Source: Mustelus asterias (lineage: Eukaryota). From it: a DNA stretch of 64,000 nucleotides. The stretch covers positions 1-64,000 of the forward strand of contig NW_027592019.1 of assembly GCF_964213995.1 (NCBI RefSeq). Reading direction: 5' to 3'. The position numbers and the translations under genes were made by a program. The stretch's first letter is position 1, and the number at the start of each line of letters is the position of its first letter. The notes below the pieces were generated by a model. That model was not told the origin of the DNA and made no database searches. It worked only from the letters and a program-made list of their open reading frames with translations. This document shows, one piece after another, positions 50,360-61,145 of the stretch.

Positions 50360-52035
50360 GATATTAAATGGATATTTTGCATGTGTTCACCATGGAGAAG
50401 CGGGATATAGGTATATAAAGCAAGGAAAAGACTGATGAAATTGAACAGATTGATATTGAGAGGAAGGAGGTCTTAGCCGTTGTAACGGGTTTAAAAGTGG
50501 ATAAATCTCCAGGCCCAATCCTCGGCAGCTGTGTGAGGCAAGGGCGGAGATTACAGGGACCTGGCACTAATTTTTATAACTTCCCTGGCTAAAGCCGAGA
50601 TGCCAGAGGGGAAGAGGACAATTAATGCGGCACCATTATTCAATAAAGTGTGCAGGGGATAAAAACAGATCATTTCCGGCCTGTGAGTCTAATGTCAGGG
50701 GAAGAGAAACTATTGGACACATTTCTGAGGGACAGAATTAATCACCACTTGGTGAGGCAGGATTAACCGAGTGAAGTCATCATGGCTTTGTCAGGGGAGA
50801 TCGTGCCGGAGAAATATGACTGAAACTTTCGAAGAGGTGACTAGAATTGTAGATGAGAGAAGTGCAGTTAATGTGGACTAAATGGACTTCAGGCTTTTGA
50901 CAAGATCGCAAATGGGAGCGTGATCAAGCAGGTAAGAACGCATGATATTCAGAGCAATTTGGCAAATTGGATCCAAAATTGGCTGAGTGGCAGGAGGCAG
51001 AGGATGATGGTCGAAGGTTGTTCCTGTGACTGGAAGCCTGTGTCCAGTGGTGTACTGCAGGGATCGATGCTGGGCCCCTTGCTGTTTGTCGTGTACATTA
51101 GTGATCTAGAGTTGAATGTGAAGGGGAGCCAGCGGTGGATGATCAGTAAGATTGCAGGTGAAACAAAAATAGTGTTGTGGTAAACGGTAAGGAGGAAAGC
51201 CATAGATTACCAGATGATACGGATGGGCTGGTCAGATGGGCAGAAAAGAGGCAACTGGAATTGAACTCTCAAAAGCGTAACGTCATACATTTTGGGAGGG
51301 CTTACAAGTCATGGGAATGCACAATGAACGGTAGGACGTTTGGATGTACAAAAAAACCATAGAGTCCTTGTGGTCCATATCCAAAGATTCGTGAAGCCAG
51401 CAGGACAGATAGATGAAGTGGTTAAGAGTTCACATGGTGTACTTGCCTTTATTAGCAGAGGCATAGATGAAAAGAGCACAGAGTTTATGCTGGAGCTGAA
51501 TAAAACTCTCATTATGCCACGGCTAGAGTACCATGTGCATTTCGGTTCGCTGCACATACAGATGTGGTTGTAGTAGAAAGGATATTAAGGGGATTCAACA
51601 GGATGCTGCCTGGGCTGAAGTTTTCAGCGATGAAAAGAGGCTGGATAGGCTGGGATTATTTTCCTTAAAGTGGAGAAGACTGAGAGGAACCTCACTGATT
51701 TGTACCAAACTATGAGGGAAATAGATAATCCAGATGAGAATAACTATTCCCCTTAGTAGAGGTGTCAATAACCAGCGGCATCGACCTCAGGAAAGGAGCA
51801 TGATATTGAAAGGGGACCTGCAGAAAAACTTTTTAGCCAGAGGGTGGCGGGAATCGGGAACTCACTGCCTGAAAGTATGGCAGGGGAAAGAACCCTCACA
51901 TTTCAGAAGCATTTAGATGAACATTTGAAACGTCATAGCATGCAAGGAAGCGAACCAACTGTTGCAAAATGGGATTTGATTCTATAGGTGTTTTATAGCC
52001 GAAGGGCCTCTTTCCATGCTGGAAATCTCCATCAC
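50360..52035 (+). mobile_element. Old degenerate CR1 LINE (RT region to 3' end)
   Basis: WIQNWLSGRRQR, SGVLQGSMLGPLLF and PRLEYHVHFGS motifs with many stops. Confidence 0.88.
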
Positions 52036-52232
52036 TACATATCTCCTCCAGGAAGTTAGCAACTGTGATAACTCAGCATTCATTCAGAGCAACAACGGGG
52101 GCTGTGGGCACTGTATTATGAGCGTTAAATCTCTCAAGTCCTGTATCTGAAGCCCAATAGTGTCTGATTCCAGAGAGACGGAGTACACATTGATCTAAGT
52201 AGATGAAAGCCAAGCACGTGCTGATGTGTATT

Positions 52233-54416
52233 TTAGCCAGTGAGCGTGGTGAAGGGGCATAGCAGAACCTTCTTCAGGTCCTCTCGGAACTTGGTCTGGG
52301 CGACTGTGTAAATGAAGACGTTGTTGCAGGAACTGACTAGCTGGAGCATGTTTGCTGCTTCCTGAAGGATGTACCGTGGGTCTTTGAAATCCAGGCTGGT
52401 GCGGTAGCCCTCACCTGTAATCCGCACATAGAGGAAATGTACGACATAGGTGACCCAGAGGAGGAGGAAGCTGAGGGAGATGGCGAAGAGCAGGATGATG
52501 GACCTCTTGCGGTTGGCCATCTCTGGGTCCCCGTGACTCTCCGTGCCCCGGAGTCTCCTGCGGGCTCTGCTGGCCGCTAAGATGTGTTTAACGGTCAGCG
52601 CGTTAAGAAACAGGATGAGCAGGAACGGGAGAAACGGAGTTAAGATGTGGTCCAGCCAGTCATAGGCCTGCCAGGCGGGCACCGTGTAATAGCTGGACTT
52701 AACAGCACAGAACCAGGGCACCCCGTCCAGGGTGTACAAGGGCTGGTAAGTGAAGTAGAAAGGGACATTCCTGACACAGCTCAGGGCACAGACTATTCCT
52801 ATAACCAGCAATGCTGCTTTCTCGGTGCAGTATCTGGCCTTCAGGCCCTGGCAGCAGATGGCCACAAAACGGTCGATGGTGAAAGCCACTGTCAACCAGA
52901 CGGACATATCCCGGGCAAAATAGACCAGCAGAGCGCTGAGTGTGCATGCGGGGGTGGTAGACAGGACGCTGTTCTGAAAGTAGATGCGGCCAATCCGGTT
53001 GAGGATTATGGCGGTGATGATGACAAGGAAATCAGTCAATGCTATCGCGATCAGGTAGTAGGTGATGCACCGTGACAGTCCGCACCGTCCTCGGGATAAG
53101 ATTACGATCGTCACCAAGTTGGCTGTGAGATAGAAAGAGACAGAGAGATGTGTTACCGAGAGCGCTCGAAACACCAGCTGCTGCGCCATCCAATCAGTTA
53201 CTGAAAACATCCTCATCCTTCACTTTGCCAACTCCAGACTCCAGTGATTGCAAAGTCTTTGGCAATGGTCCGACATTCAAAACTGGATTCAAGTTATTTT
53301 AAATCAGGAGACATTGCAATCAGTCCAAATTGTAACTCTGCCCTCTGGTCACTGAGTTGATCCCCTCAGATAACTATCAAATTTCAGATTCTCAGAAAAT
53401 TTGCTGTCGTTGTTCTTATTCGTACCAATCCCATCCACCCATCAGCCCTATCGGCTGCCATTCAGGCTGCGTCTCTGTTTTTTATAATCTCGTCCTTCGA
53501 ATTATAAATCCCTCCATAATCTCGCCTTTCCAGATTTTGATAACATGCTACAACTATCTGAGATCACACCATACCTCCGAGTGTGGACTTCCATGACCCT
53601 GATTTGATCTTTTCAGTTTGCCTTTACGTGCCGAGACCCTAACCTCTGGAACTTCTTCTTTCAAAGACTAAACTTTCCCTTTGTGCTTCAAGGACGATCC
53701 TTAGAAAATAAATTCGTTGAACAATTCTAAGTCATTTTGTCGGTCAGTATAAAGTTGATTTGTTAAAGTCTTGTGAAGTATCCCCATTCTAGTTATCCGA
53801 GTGTCTGAAGAAACAAACGCTACATCGCCTTCTCAAATGAAAGCTAGATATGGACAAGTCATATTCGCCTTGCCATATCTGCATGCATACAGCTAGTGAT
53901 TAAAAATATAATTATCCGAAATTTACCAGACTTACTAACACAAGACAAAATGCATAATGCATAACCCCCACACCTTTTTCAAAAGTTTCAATAATTCAAT
54001 CTTAAAACCTCAGTAACGATGTGGGCAGCCCAGTGCCGCCTCACTACAAATCAACGATTACTAACTGCTGGAGGTCACAGCATAGGTTCATGTAAGCAGT
54101 GAATGAATGTTCTATGTCAATGCATCTAATTGAATTATTAGATTGCGATAGCTCATTTTCTGAGACTGTACATACCAGTGGATGAAATATAGGTCACTTT
54201 ATAGACTTTATCGTGCAAAACACTGAAAACACTAGATCGCATTTTACTACATTCGAATAAAACCGAATTTTCAACAATAAAAGGCTAATGTTTATGCAAC
54301 GCCATACATTTCAAGTCATGAGACTTATTTGGGATCTTTCACCTACCAGGAACACCAATGGCAGCGAGAATGGGATAAAAAATGGCGAAGAAGAGACCTT
54401 TTGCTGGTCCATGCAT
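52233..54416 (-). CDS. Intact two-exon class A GPCR, GPR139/GPR142-like (exon 1 54416-54347, exon 2 53122-52233; 319 aa)
   Basis: Exon 1 MHGPAKGLFFAIFYPILAAIGVP g|gtaggt; acceptor tctcacag|cc aac gives ...VPANLVTIVILSRG. Seven hydrophobic segments, LTD in TM2, FTIDRFVAIC, RYCT, FLP, NVFIY; no stops. Confidence 0.92.
53345..53800 (+). mobile_element. Degenerate L2-like LINE 3' fragment in the GPCR intron (another L2-like relic at ~47420-47540, -)
   Basis: cccatccacccatcagccct...aaatccctccataatctcgcc...ctctggaacttc pattern; heavily diverged. Confidence 0.45.
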
Positions 54417-54613
54417 CCTCTCCCAGAAAGTGAAATGAAGCTTAAACCTGAGCTCTGCGGTGGTTTCATAGCGTCTCACATTTATTCTGAGTGAGCGTCT
54501 CCAGAGGAATAATTAAGTTAGAGCCTGCACCTTAGTTACAGGCCGGTGAACAAACAGATTCGCTCACTGTTGGGTACCTCCACATTGCACCATTGGCAAG
54601 GGGGATGATTCCA

Positions 54614-54620
54614 TTATATA
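54614..54620 (-). promoter_or_regulatory. Candidate TATA box of the GPCR gene
   Basis: TATATAA on the - strand about 200 bp upstream of the exon-1 ATG. Confidence 0.45.
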
Positions 54621-55564
54621 CTGAGCCAAACTCTGCTTGCTCATTCCATGGTTACATCCACCTCCCACAAACCATGCCTTTGTGTCTACATCAAGAACAG
54701 CAGGTGAGGGGAGATATTGATCTGGGCTCTAATCTCAAATTCAAAGACCGTCTCTTCCGATTTCTGCCAGGTGCCCAATTACTTCTTGCTCACAGATATC
54801 AGATTAGTTCGGCACTTATTTCCTTCTGAGAGTTTTGGACACAGAAAATAGACGCATGAGTAAGCCATTCAGCATTTTGAGTCTACTTCGCCCTTCATTT
54901 TGATCATGAGTGATCATCAAAATACTTTCCTACTCCCTAATTCTTTTTACTAGATATACATCTGAAATATCTGAAGTCACTATGACCGTTTTGCTCTCAC
55001 ACTCACCGAACACAGGATGGATTTCACAGAAATGACAAATGATAACTGAGGTTAATATGCTATAACAAGTGATACAATGAACCCATTTTCCCATCTACAA
55101 ACAGCAAGCGAAACAATTTTCACGCACAGAATTCATCGTGGACTTTTAGTTTTATTGTTTTGGGTGAAATAATTGCCATCATGCATTGTATTTATTTGAT
55201 TTTCCCACAGAAAACTCGGTCATCTAAAGTTTTGTTATAGTGAAGATTTGTAAATCATATTTGGAGGAGTAAGCTTGATGAAAGTCAATTAAGCTAAATC
55301 ATTTTAACGGTAAGTGTTCTCTCTGGTCACAGCTTGCAGCAACTTTATGAATTGAATCTGTTTTTCATTATAACTTGAACATCAATTCCAGCATGCTTGA
55401 CTCTCGTTGTCACAATTGCTGTTGAAGCTAATATTGCCGCTATTGTTGCTGAAATCATTGTTGTCGGCGCCTCTCTGGCCACAACTCGCACAACAAATTC
55501 CAACAACAACAATCTATCTGATATTTTCAGTGATGCTGCTTGAGAGCTAATGACAGGCCCAGGA

Positions 55565-56340
55565 CAGATGGAAGGAATAAGTTGACAAGGAAATATTTAA
55601 TTAATGGCATGACACCAGGAAGTTCAGTGGAACAAAGGGACCTTGGCGTGGTTCTGCACAGATCTCTGAAGACGAAAGGGCATGTTAGTAGGGTGCTGAA
55701 AAAGGCAAATGGGACAATTGCCTTTATCAATCGGGGCATAGATTAAAAAAGGAGGGAGGTCATGTGAAAGTTGTGTAGAGTTGGTAAGGGCCCAAGCTAG
55801 AGTATTGTGTGCAGTTCTGGGTGACACATTATCGAAAGGATATGATTGCACTGGACGGGATGCAGAGGAGTTTCACCAGGATGCTGCCTGGGATGGAACA
55901 TTTAAGTTATGAAGAGTTTCCATAGGCTTGTGTTGTTCTCGTTGGAGCAGAAAAGACTGAGGGGCGACCTGATCGAGGTGTACAAGGTTATAAGGGCCAT
56001 GGACAGAGTGGATAGGGAGCAGCTGTTCCTCTTATTTGAAGGATCAGTCACGAGGGAACACAGATTCAAGGTGAGGGGGCTAAGGTTTAGGAGGGATGTG
56101 AGAATTTCTTTTTTAACTGGAGGGTGTTGACAGTCTGGAATGCTTTGCCTGAGAGGGTGGTGGAGGCGAGTTGCCTCACATCCTTTAAAAATTACCTGGA
56201 TGAACATTTGGCACATCATAACATTCAAGCCTATGGGCCAATTGCTGGTAAGTGGAACGTCAATGTTTCTAGCGTGTCAGTACAGACTCGATGGACCGAA
56301 GGGCATCTCCTGCACTGTATGGTCCTATGATTCTATGAAA
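55565..56340 (+). mobile_element. Degenerate CR1 3' fragment
   Basis: EQRDLGVVLHRSLK and RLRGDLIEVYKVI motifs; ctatgattctatga tail. Confidence 0.88.
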
Positions 56341-56623
56341 TCTGCAATGATTTTCTGAAAAAGAAGTCTGGGATATTTTACAGAAATGAAGTGTGTGTCC
56401 CTAAGATTAAGGTCTGATGCGAAATATGACAACCATTGCTGGCACGCCCTCGATGCTGCCACTCGGCAACAGCCTGGATTACAGGCTGAAGTCTCAGGAG
56501 TGAGCCTTGACCCTAAAACTTTGTAACTCAGAAGCAGGACTAACAGATTCTGAACAGGACAGTCACTTACAGAGCAACGAAGGTTCCTGTGATCTTGAGA
56601 GAACGCCTGTTCGTCGGCCCTGA

Positions 56624-56662
56624 GGTTTTTGTTCAGAGACAGATAAGTTTTAAACCACTGCG
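56624..56662 (-). promoter_or_regulatory. V(D)J recombination signal sequence, 23-bp spacer
   Basis: Minus strand CGCAGTG (heptamer with an A2G change) + gtttaaaacttatctgtctctga (23 nt) + ACAAAAACC (perfect nonamer), directly 3' of the V exon. Confidence 0.92.
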
Positions 56663-57080
56663 ATTTTCAACCCATCGAAATAGAAGGCAGTGTTCTGGAT
56701 TCCTGTTCGAATGATCTTTAAGGGAAATCTCTTTTCTGTCTTACTCTGACCAGCCTCGAATCATCCCTTGGTAAAAACTGTGATTGTTCTTCGACTGTTA
56801 TCCCGAAGTAAACTAAAACTCAGAAAGTAGTTTGTGTGCTGTCTGTGCCAATACAGATCAGGATTAAAGAGATTTGTTTTATAAGTACAATCTGTAATCA
56901 CACTGTCTCCTTCAGTCACGTAGAGTTCTGTCTTGGATTGTGATACCGAATCTGCGCGAATCCTCCCTGAAATAAAAATGAACGTTGGGTTGTGATGGAA
57001 GTATGACATAAGTACATACGGCCATACGTACCGAGTACAAACCACAATATAATGAGATGACGGGACGACATGGGATCCAT
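56663..57080 (-). pseudogene. T-cell receptor alpha/delta-type V segment pseudogene (leader 57080-57032, V exon 56966-56663)
   Basis: Leader MDPMSSRHLIILWFVL g|gtacgt, 65-nt intron, tttcag| acceptor. V reads RIRADSVSQSKTELYVTEGDSVITDCTYKTNLFNPDLYWHRQ...KG*FEAGQSKTEKRFPLKIIRTGIQNTAFYFDGLK. DSVSQ/EG.SV..CTY/LYW.RQ is TRAV/TRDV-like. In-frame TGA and loss of the second Cys. Confidence 0.88.
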
Positions 57081-57399
57081 TCTGACTCTCCCAACAAAAC
57101 CTCTGGAATAGCAGTTCTATTTACTGCTGTCATCTGTTGCAGTAAAGTGAGAAACGGGTTGACATCGAGATTACAGCAGGAGAAGAGCTCGTGCCTAGTG
57201 CAATTCCGCTGCTGTCATCATGTTCCGATTGAGGTAACTGGGTTTTCACAGGAGATTGTGTTTTCGGATGTATTTTCCATTTCCTCCTGCGCCACCTGGC
57301 CGCATCACGCAGAGCATCATTAAGTGAACGGAGGAGGAGAGACAGACTCTGTTAGAGCACTAGGATGGGCTGGGTTCTCCCTCCCTCCCTGTCTCAGCA

Positions 57400-60165
57400 C
57401 TCTTGGAACTGTGATGTGGTGGCCATTACAGAGACTTGGTTATCTCAGGGTCAGGACTGGGTACTTCAAGTGCCGGGTTTCAGATGTTTCAGGAGGGACA
57501 GAGAAGGAGGCAAAAGAGGTGGGGGAGTGGCACTGTTGATCAGGGATAGTGTCACAGCTGTAGAAAAGATGGATGCCACGGAAGGAATGTCTACGGAATC
57601 TCTGTGGGTGGAGGTTAGGAACAGGAAGGGGTCGGTAACTTTACTGGGTGTTTTCTATAGGCCGCCCAATAGTAGCAGAGATGTGCACGAGCAGATTGGG
57701 AAGCAGATTCTGGAGAGATGTGATAATAACAGAGTGGTCGTGATGGGAGATTTTAATTTCCCAAATATCGATTGGAATATCCCTAGGGTAAGGGGTTTAG
57801 ATGGAGAGGAGTTTGTTCAGTGTGCACAGGAGAGCTTCCTGACGCAATATGTGGATAAGCCTACAAGAGGAGAGGCTGTGCTTGATTTGATATTAGGGAA
57901 TGAACCTGGGCAGTTGTCAGATCTATCAGTGGGAGAGCATTTTGGTGATAGTGATCAAAACTCTATCTCCTTTACGCTACCATTGGAGAGCGATAGGATC
58001 AACGGAGCTAGGAAAGTGTTTATCTGGAGTAAGGACAACTATGATGCTATTAGGCGGGAAATTAGAGGCATAAATTGGAAGGAGGTTTTCTCAGGGAAAT
58101 GTACGTAAGAAATGTGGCAAATGTTCAAGGAAAATTTGTCTGGAGCTCTGCACAGCAATGTTCCGGTGCAACAGGGGAGTTATGGTAGGTTACAGGAACC
58201 GTGGTGCACGAAAGCTGTAACGGATTTAGTCAGGAAGAAAAGAAAAGCCGACAAAACGTTGAGGGAGCTGGGTAATGTTAGAAATCTAGAAGAGTATACG
58301 ACTAATAAGAAGGAACTAAAGAGGGAAATTAGAAGAGCCAGGAGGGGACATGAGAAGGCCTTGGCAGACAGGATAAAGGAAAACCCCAAGGCATTCTACA
58401 AGTATGTGAACAGCAAGAGGATAAGATGTGAAGGAGTAGGACCTATCTAATGTGACGGTGGGAAAGTCTGCATTGAACCGGTAGAAATAGCAGAGGTACT
58501 CAATGAATACTTTGCTTCAGTATTCACAGTGTAAAAGGATCTTGGTCGTTGCAGTGCAGACTTGCAGTGGACTGAGAAGATTGAGCATGTGGGCATTAGG
58601 AAAGAGGATGTGTTGGAGCTGTTGAAAAGCATCACGTTAGATAAATCGCCGGGACCGGATGGGATGTATCCCAGGTTACTGTGGGAGGCGAGGGAAGAGA
58701 TTGCTGATCCTCTGGCGATAATCTTTGCGTTGTCAATGGAGACGGGAGAGGTTCCAGAGGATTGGAGGATGGCGGATGTAGTTCCCTTATTCAAGACAGG
58801 GAGAAGAATAGCCCAGGAAATTATAGACCAGTGAGTCTAACCTCAGTGGTAGGTAAGTTGATGGAGAAGATCCTGAGAGGCAGGATTTGTGAACATTTGG
58901 AAAGGAATAGTATGATCAGAAGTAGCCAGCACGGCTTTGTCCGAGGCAGATCATGCCTTACGAGCCTGATTGAGTTTTTTGAAGGTGTGACTAGACACGT
59001 AGACGAGGGGAGAGCGGTAGATGTGGTTTATATGGATTTCAGTAAGGTGTTTGATAAGGTGCCCCATGCAAGGCTTATGGAGAAAGTGAAGGGGCATGGG
59101 ATACAAGGGGACGTTGCTTTGTGGATTCAGAACTGGCTTGCCCACAGAAGGCAAAGAGTGGTTGTAGATGGGTCTTTTTCAGAGTGGAGGTCGGTCACCA
59201 GTGGGAGCCTTGCTCTTTGTGATTTTTATAAATGACCGGGATGAGGAAGTGGAAGGATGGGTTGGCAAGTTTGCTGATGACACAAAGGTTGGACGTGTTG
59301 TGGATAGTGTAGAGGGATGTCAGCAGTTGCAATGAGACATTGATAAGATGCATGACTGGGCGGAGAAGTGGCAGATGGACGTCAACACAGATAAGTGTGT
59401 GGTGGTTCATTTTGGCAGGTCGACTAGGATGGAAGAATAGGATATTAAGGGTAAGACGCTTGGCAGTGTGGAAGAACAGAGGGATCTTGGGGTCCGGGTT
59501 CATAGGACGCTCAAAGCGGCGTAGCAGGTAAAGGCTGTGGTTAAGAAGGTATGACATACTGGCATTCATCAATAGAGGAATTGAGTTTAGAAATCGGGAG
59601 ATAATGCTGCAGCGGTATAGGACCCTGGTCAGACCTCACCTGGAGTACTGTGCCCAGTTCTGGTCGCCTCATTACAGAAAGGATGTGGAAGCCATAGAAC
59701 GGGAGCAGAGGAGAATTACGAGGATGTTGCCAGGATGAAGTGGTATGCCTTATCAGGATAGGTTGAGAGAGCTAGGTCTATTCTCCTTGGAGAGGTGAAG
59801 GATGAGAGGTGACCTGTTAGACGTGTATAAGATGTTGAGACGTATTGATAGAGTGGATTCTCAGAGGCTTTTACCCAGGGCTGAAATGGTTGTCACGAGA
59901 GGCCACAGGTTTAGGCTGCTGGGGAGTAGGTATAGAGGAGATGTTAGGGGTAACTTTTTCACTCAGAGGGTGGTGGGTGCGTAGAATCGGCTGCTGGTAG
60001 TGGTGGTGGAAGCGGATTGGATAGAGTCTTTTAAGAGACTTTTGCATAGGTTCATGGAGGTTGGTAAGATAGAGGGTTATAGATGCGCCGAGAAGGGAAG
60101 GAAATTGTTCGGCGCAACTTGTCGACCGAAGGACCTGTTTGTGCTGTAGGTTTTCTATGTTCTAT
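57400..60165 (+). mobile_element. CR1 LINE, near-complete but disrupted ORF2 (APE endonuclease + RT) and 3' tail
   Basis: DVVAITETWL, GGGVALLI, GDFNFPNIDW, DKSPGPDG and YMDFSKVFDKVPH motifs with several stops and frameshifts. Confidence 0.95.
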
Positions 60166-61145
60166 AGTGACACAATCTGCAAGGTAAGCACTAATTAGTG
60201 ACACAATCCACAAGAGTCACTCCAAATAGTTACACAATACCCAAGGATCATTGTAAATAGCGCCACACTCCCCAAGGATCACTGTAAATAGTGTCACAAT
60301 CCCAAAGGATCACTCCGAATACTGACACAATCCCGAAGGATCACTCTAAATAGTGACACAGTCCCCAAGGATCACTATAACTGGTGACAGAATCCCCAAG
60401 GATCAATCTAAATAGTGACACAATCCTCAAGGATCACTCTAGATAGTGACACAATCCCCAAGGATCACTCTAAATAGTAATACAATCCTCAAGAATCACT
60501 CTAAATAGTGACACAATCCCAAAAGATCACTCTAAATAGTGACACAATCCCAAAAGATCACTCTAAATAGTGACACAATCCACAAGGATCACTCTAAATA
60601 GAGACACAATCCCCAAGGATCACTCTAAATAAAGACACAATGCCCAAGGATCATTGCACATAGTTACACGAACCCCAAAGAACACTCTAAATAGTGACAC
60701 ATTCCCCAACGATCACGCTGAAAAGCGACACAATCCTCAAGGATTACTTTTAATAGTGACACAATCCACAAGGATCACCCTGTAGCGTGATACAATCCCC
60801 ATAGATTATTGTTATTAATGACTCAATTCCCATGGATCATTGTAAATACTGACAGAACCCCAAGGAGCTTTCTAAATAATGACACAATCCTCAAGGATCA
60901 CTCTAATCAGTGACACAATCCCCAAGTATCACTCTAAATAGTGAAACAATCCCCAAGGTTCACACGAAATAGTCACATAATCCCCAGGATCACTCTCAAT
61001 AGTGACACCATCCCCAAGTGTCACTCTGAATAACATCGCAATCACCAAGGAACACTCTCAATAATGACACAATGCCCACAGATCACTGTAAAAAGACACA
61101 ATCCCAATGATCACTCTAAATAATGATTAATCCCCAAGCATCACG
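60165..61145 (+). repeat. 31-bp minisatellite, about 31 copies (aatagtgacacaatccccaaggatcactcta)
   Basis: atagt at 60412, 60443, 60474 and 60505 gives a period of 31; the centre is homogeneous and the edges are diverged. Confidence 0.93.

Noticed and set aside
53123-53216. Single-exon GPCR start as in the ORF track (MRMFSVTDW...)
   Set aside because: This stretch is intron with a polypyrimidine tract and AG; the true TM1 N-terminus is encoded at 54347-54416.
56560-56623. Strong splice donor (ct|gtaagt, - strand) just beyond the V RSS suggesting an unrearranged V spliced product
   Set aside because: The V frame hits a stop within the RSS spacer, and the open frame leading to the donor is not the V frame.
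56663-57080. NAR-TCR supporting V-delta or an IgH/IgNAR V belonging to the C-mu
   Set aside because: It has its own leader exon and TRAV/TRDV-like framework motifs, and it lies downstream of and opposite to C-mu, so it cannot be that cluster's VH.
60165-61145. CRISPR-like array
   Set aside because: These are contiguous tandem units without unique spacers, in a vertebrate context.
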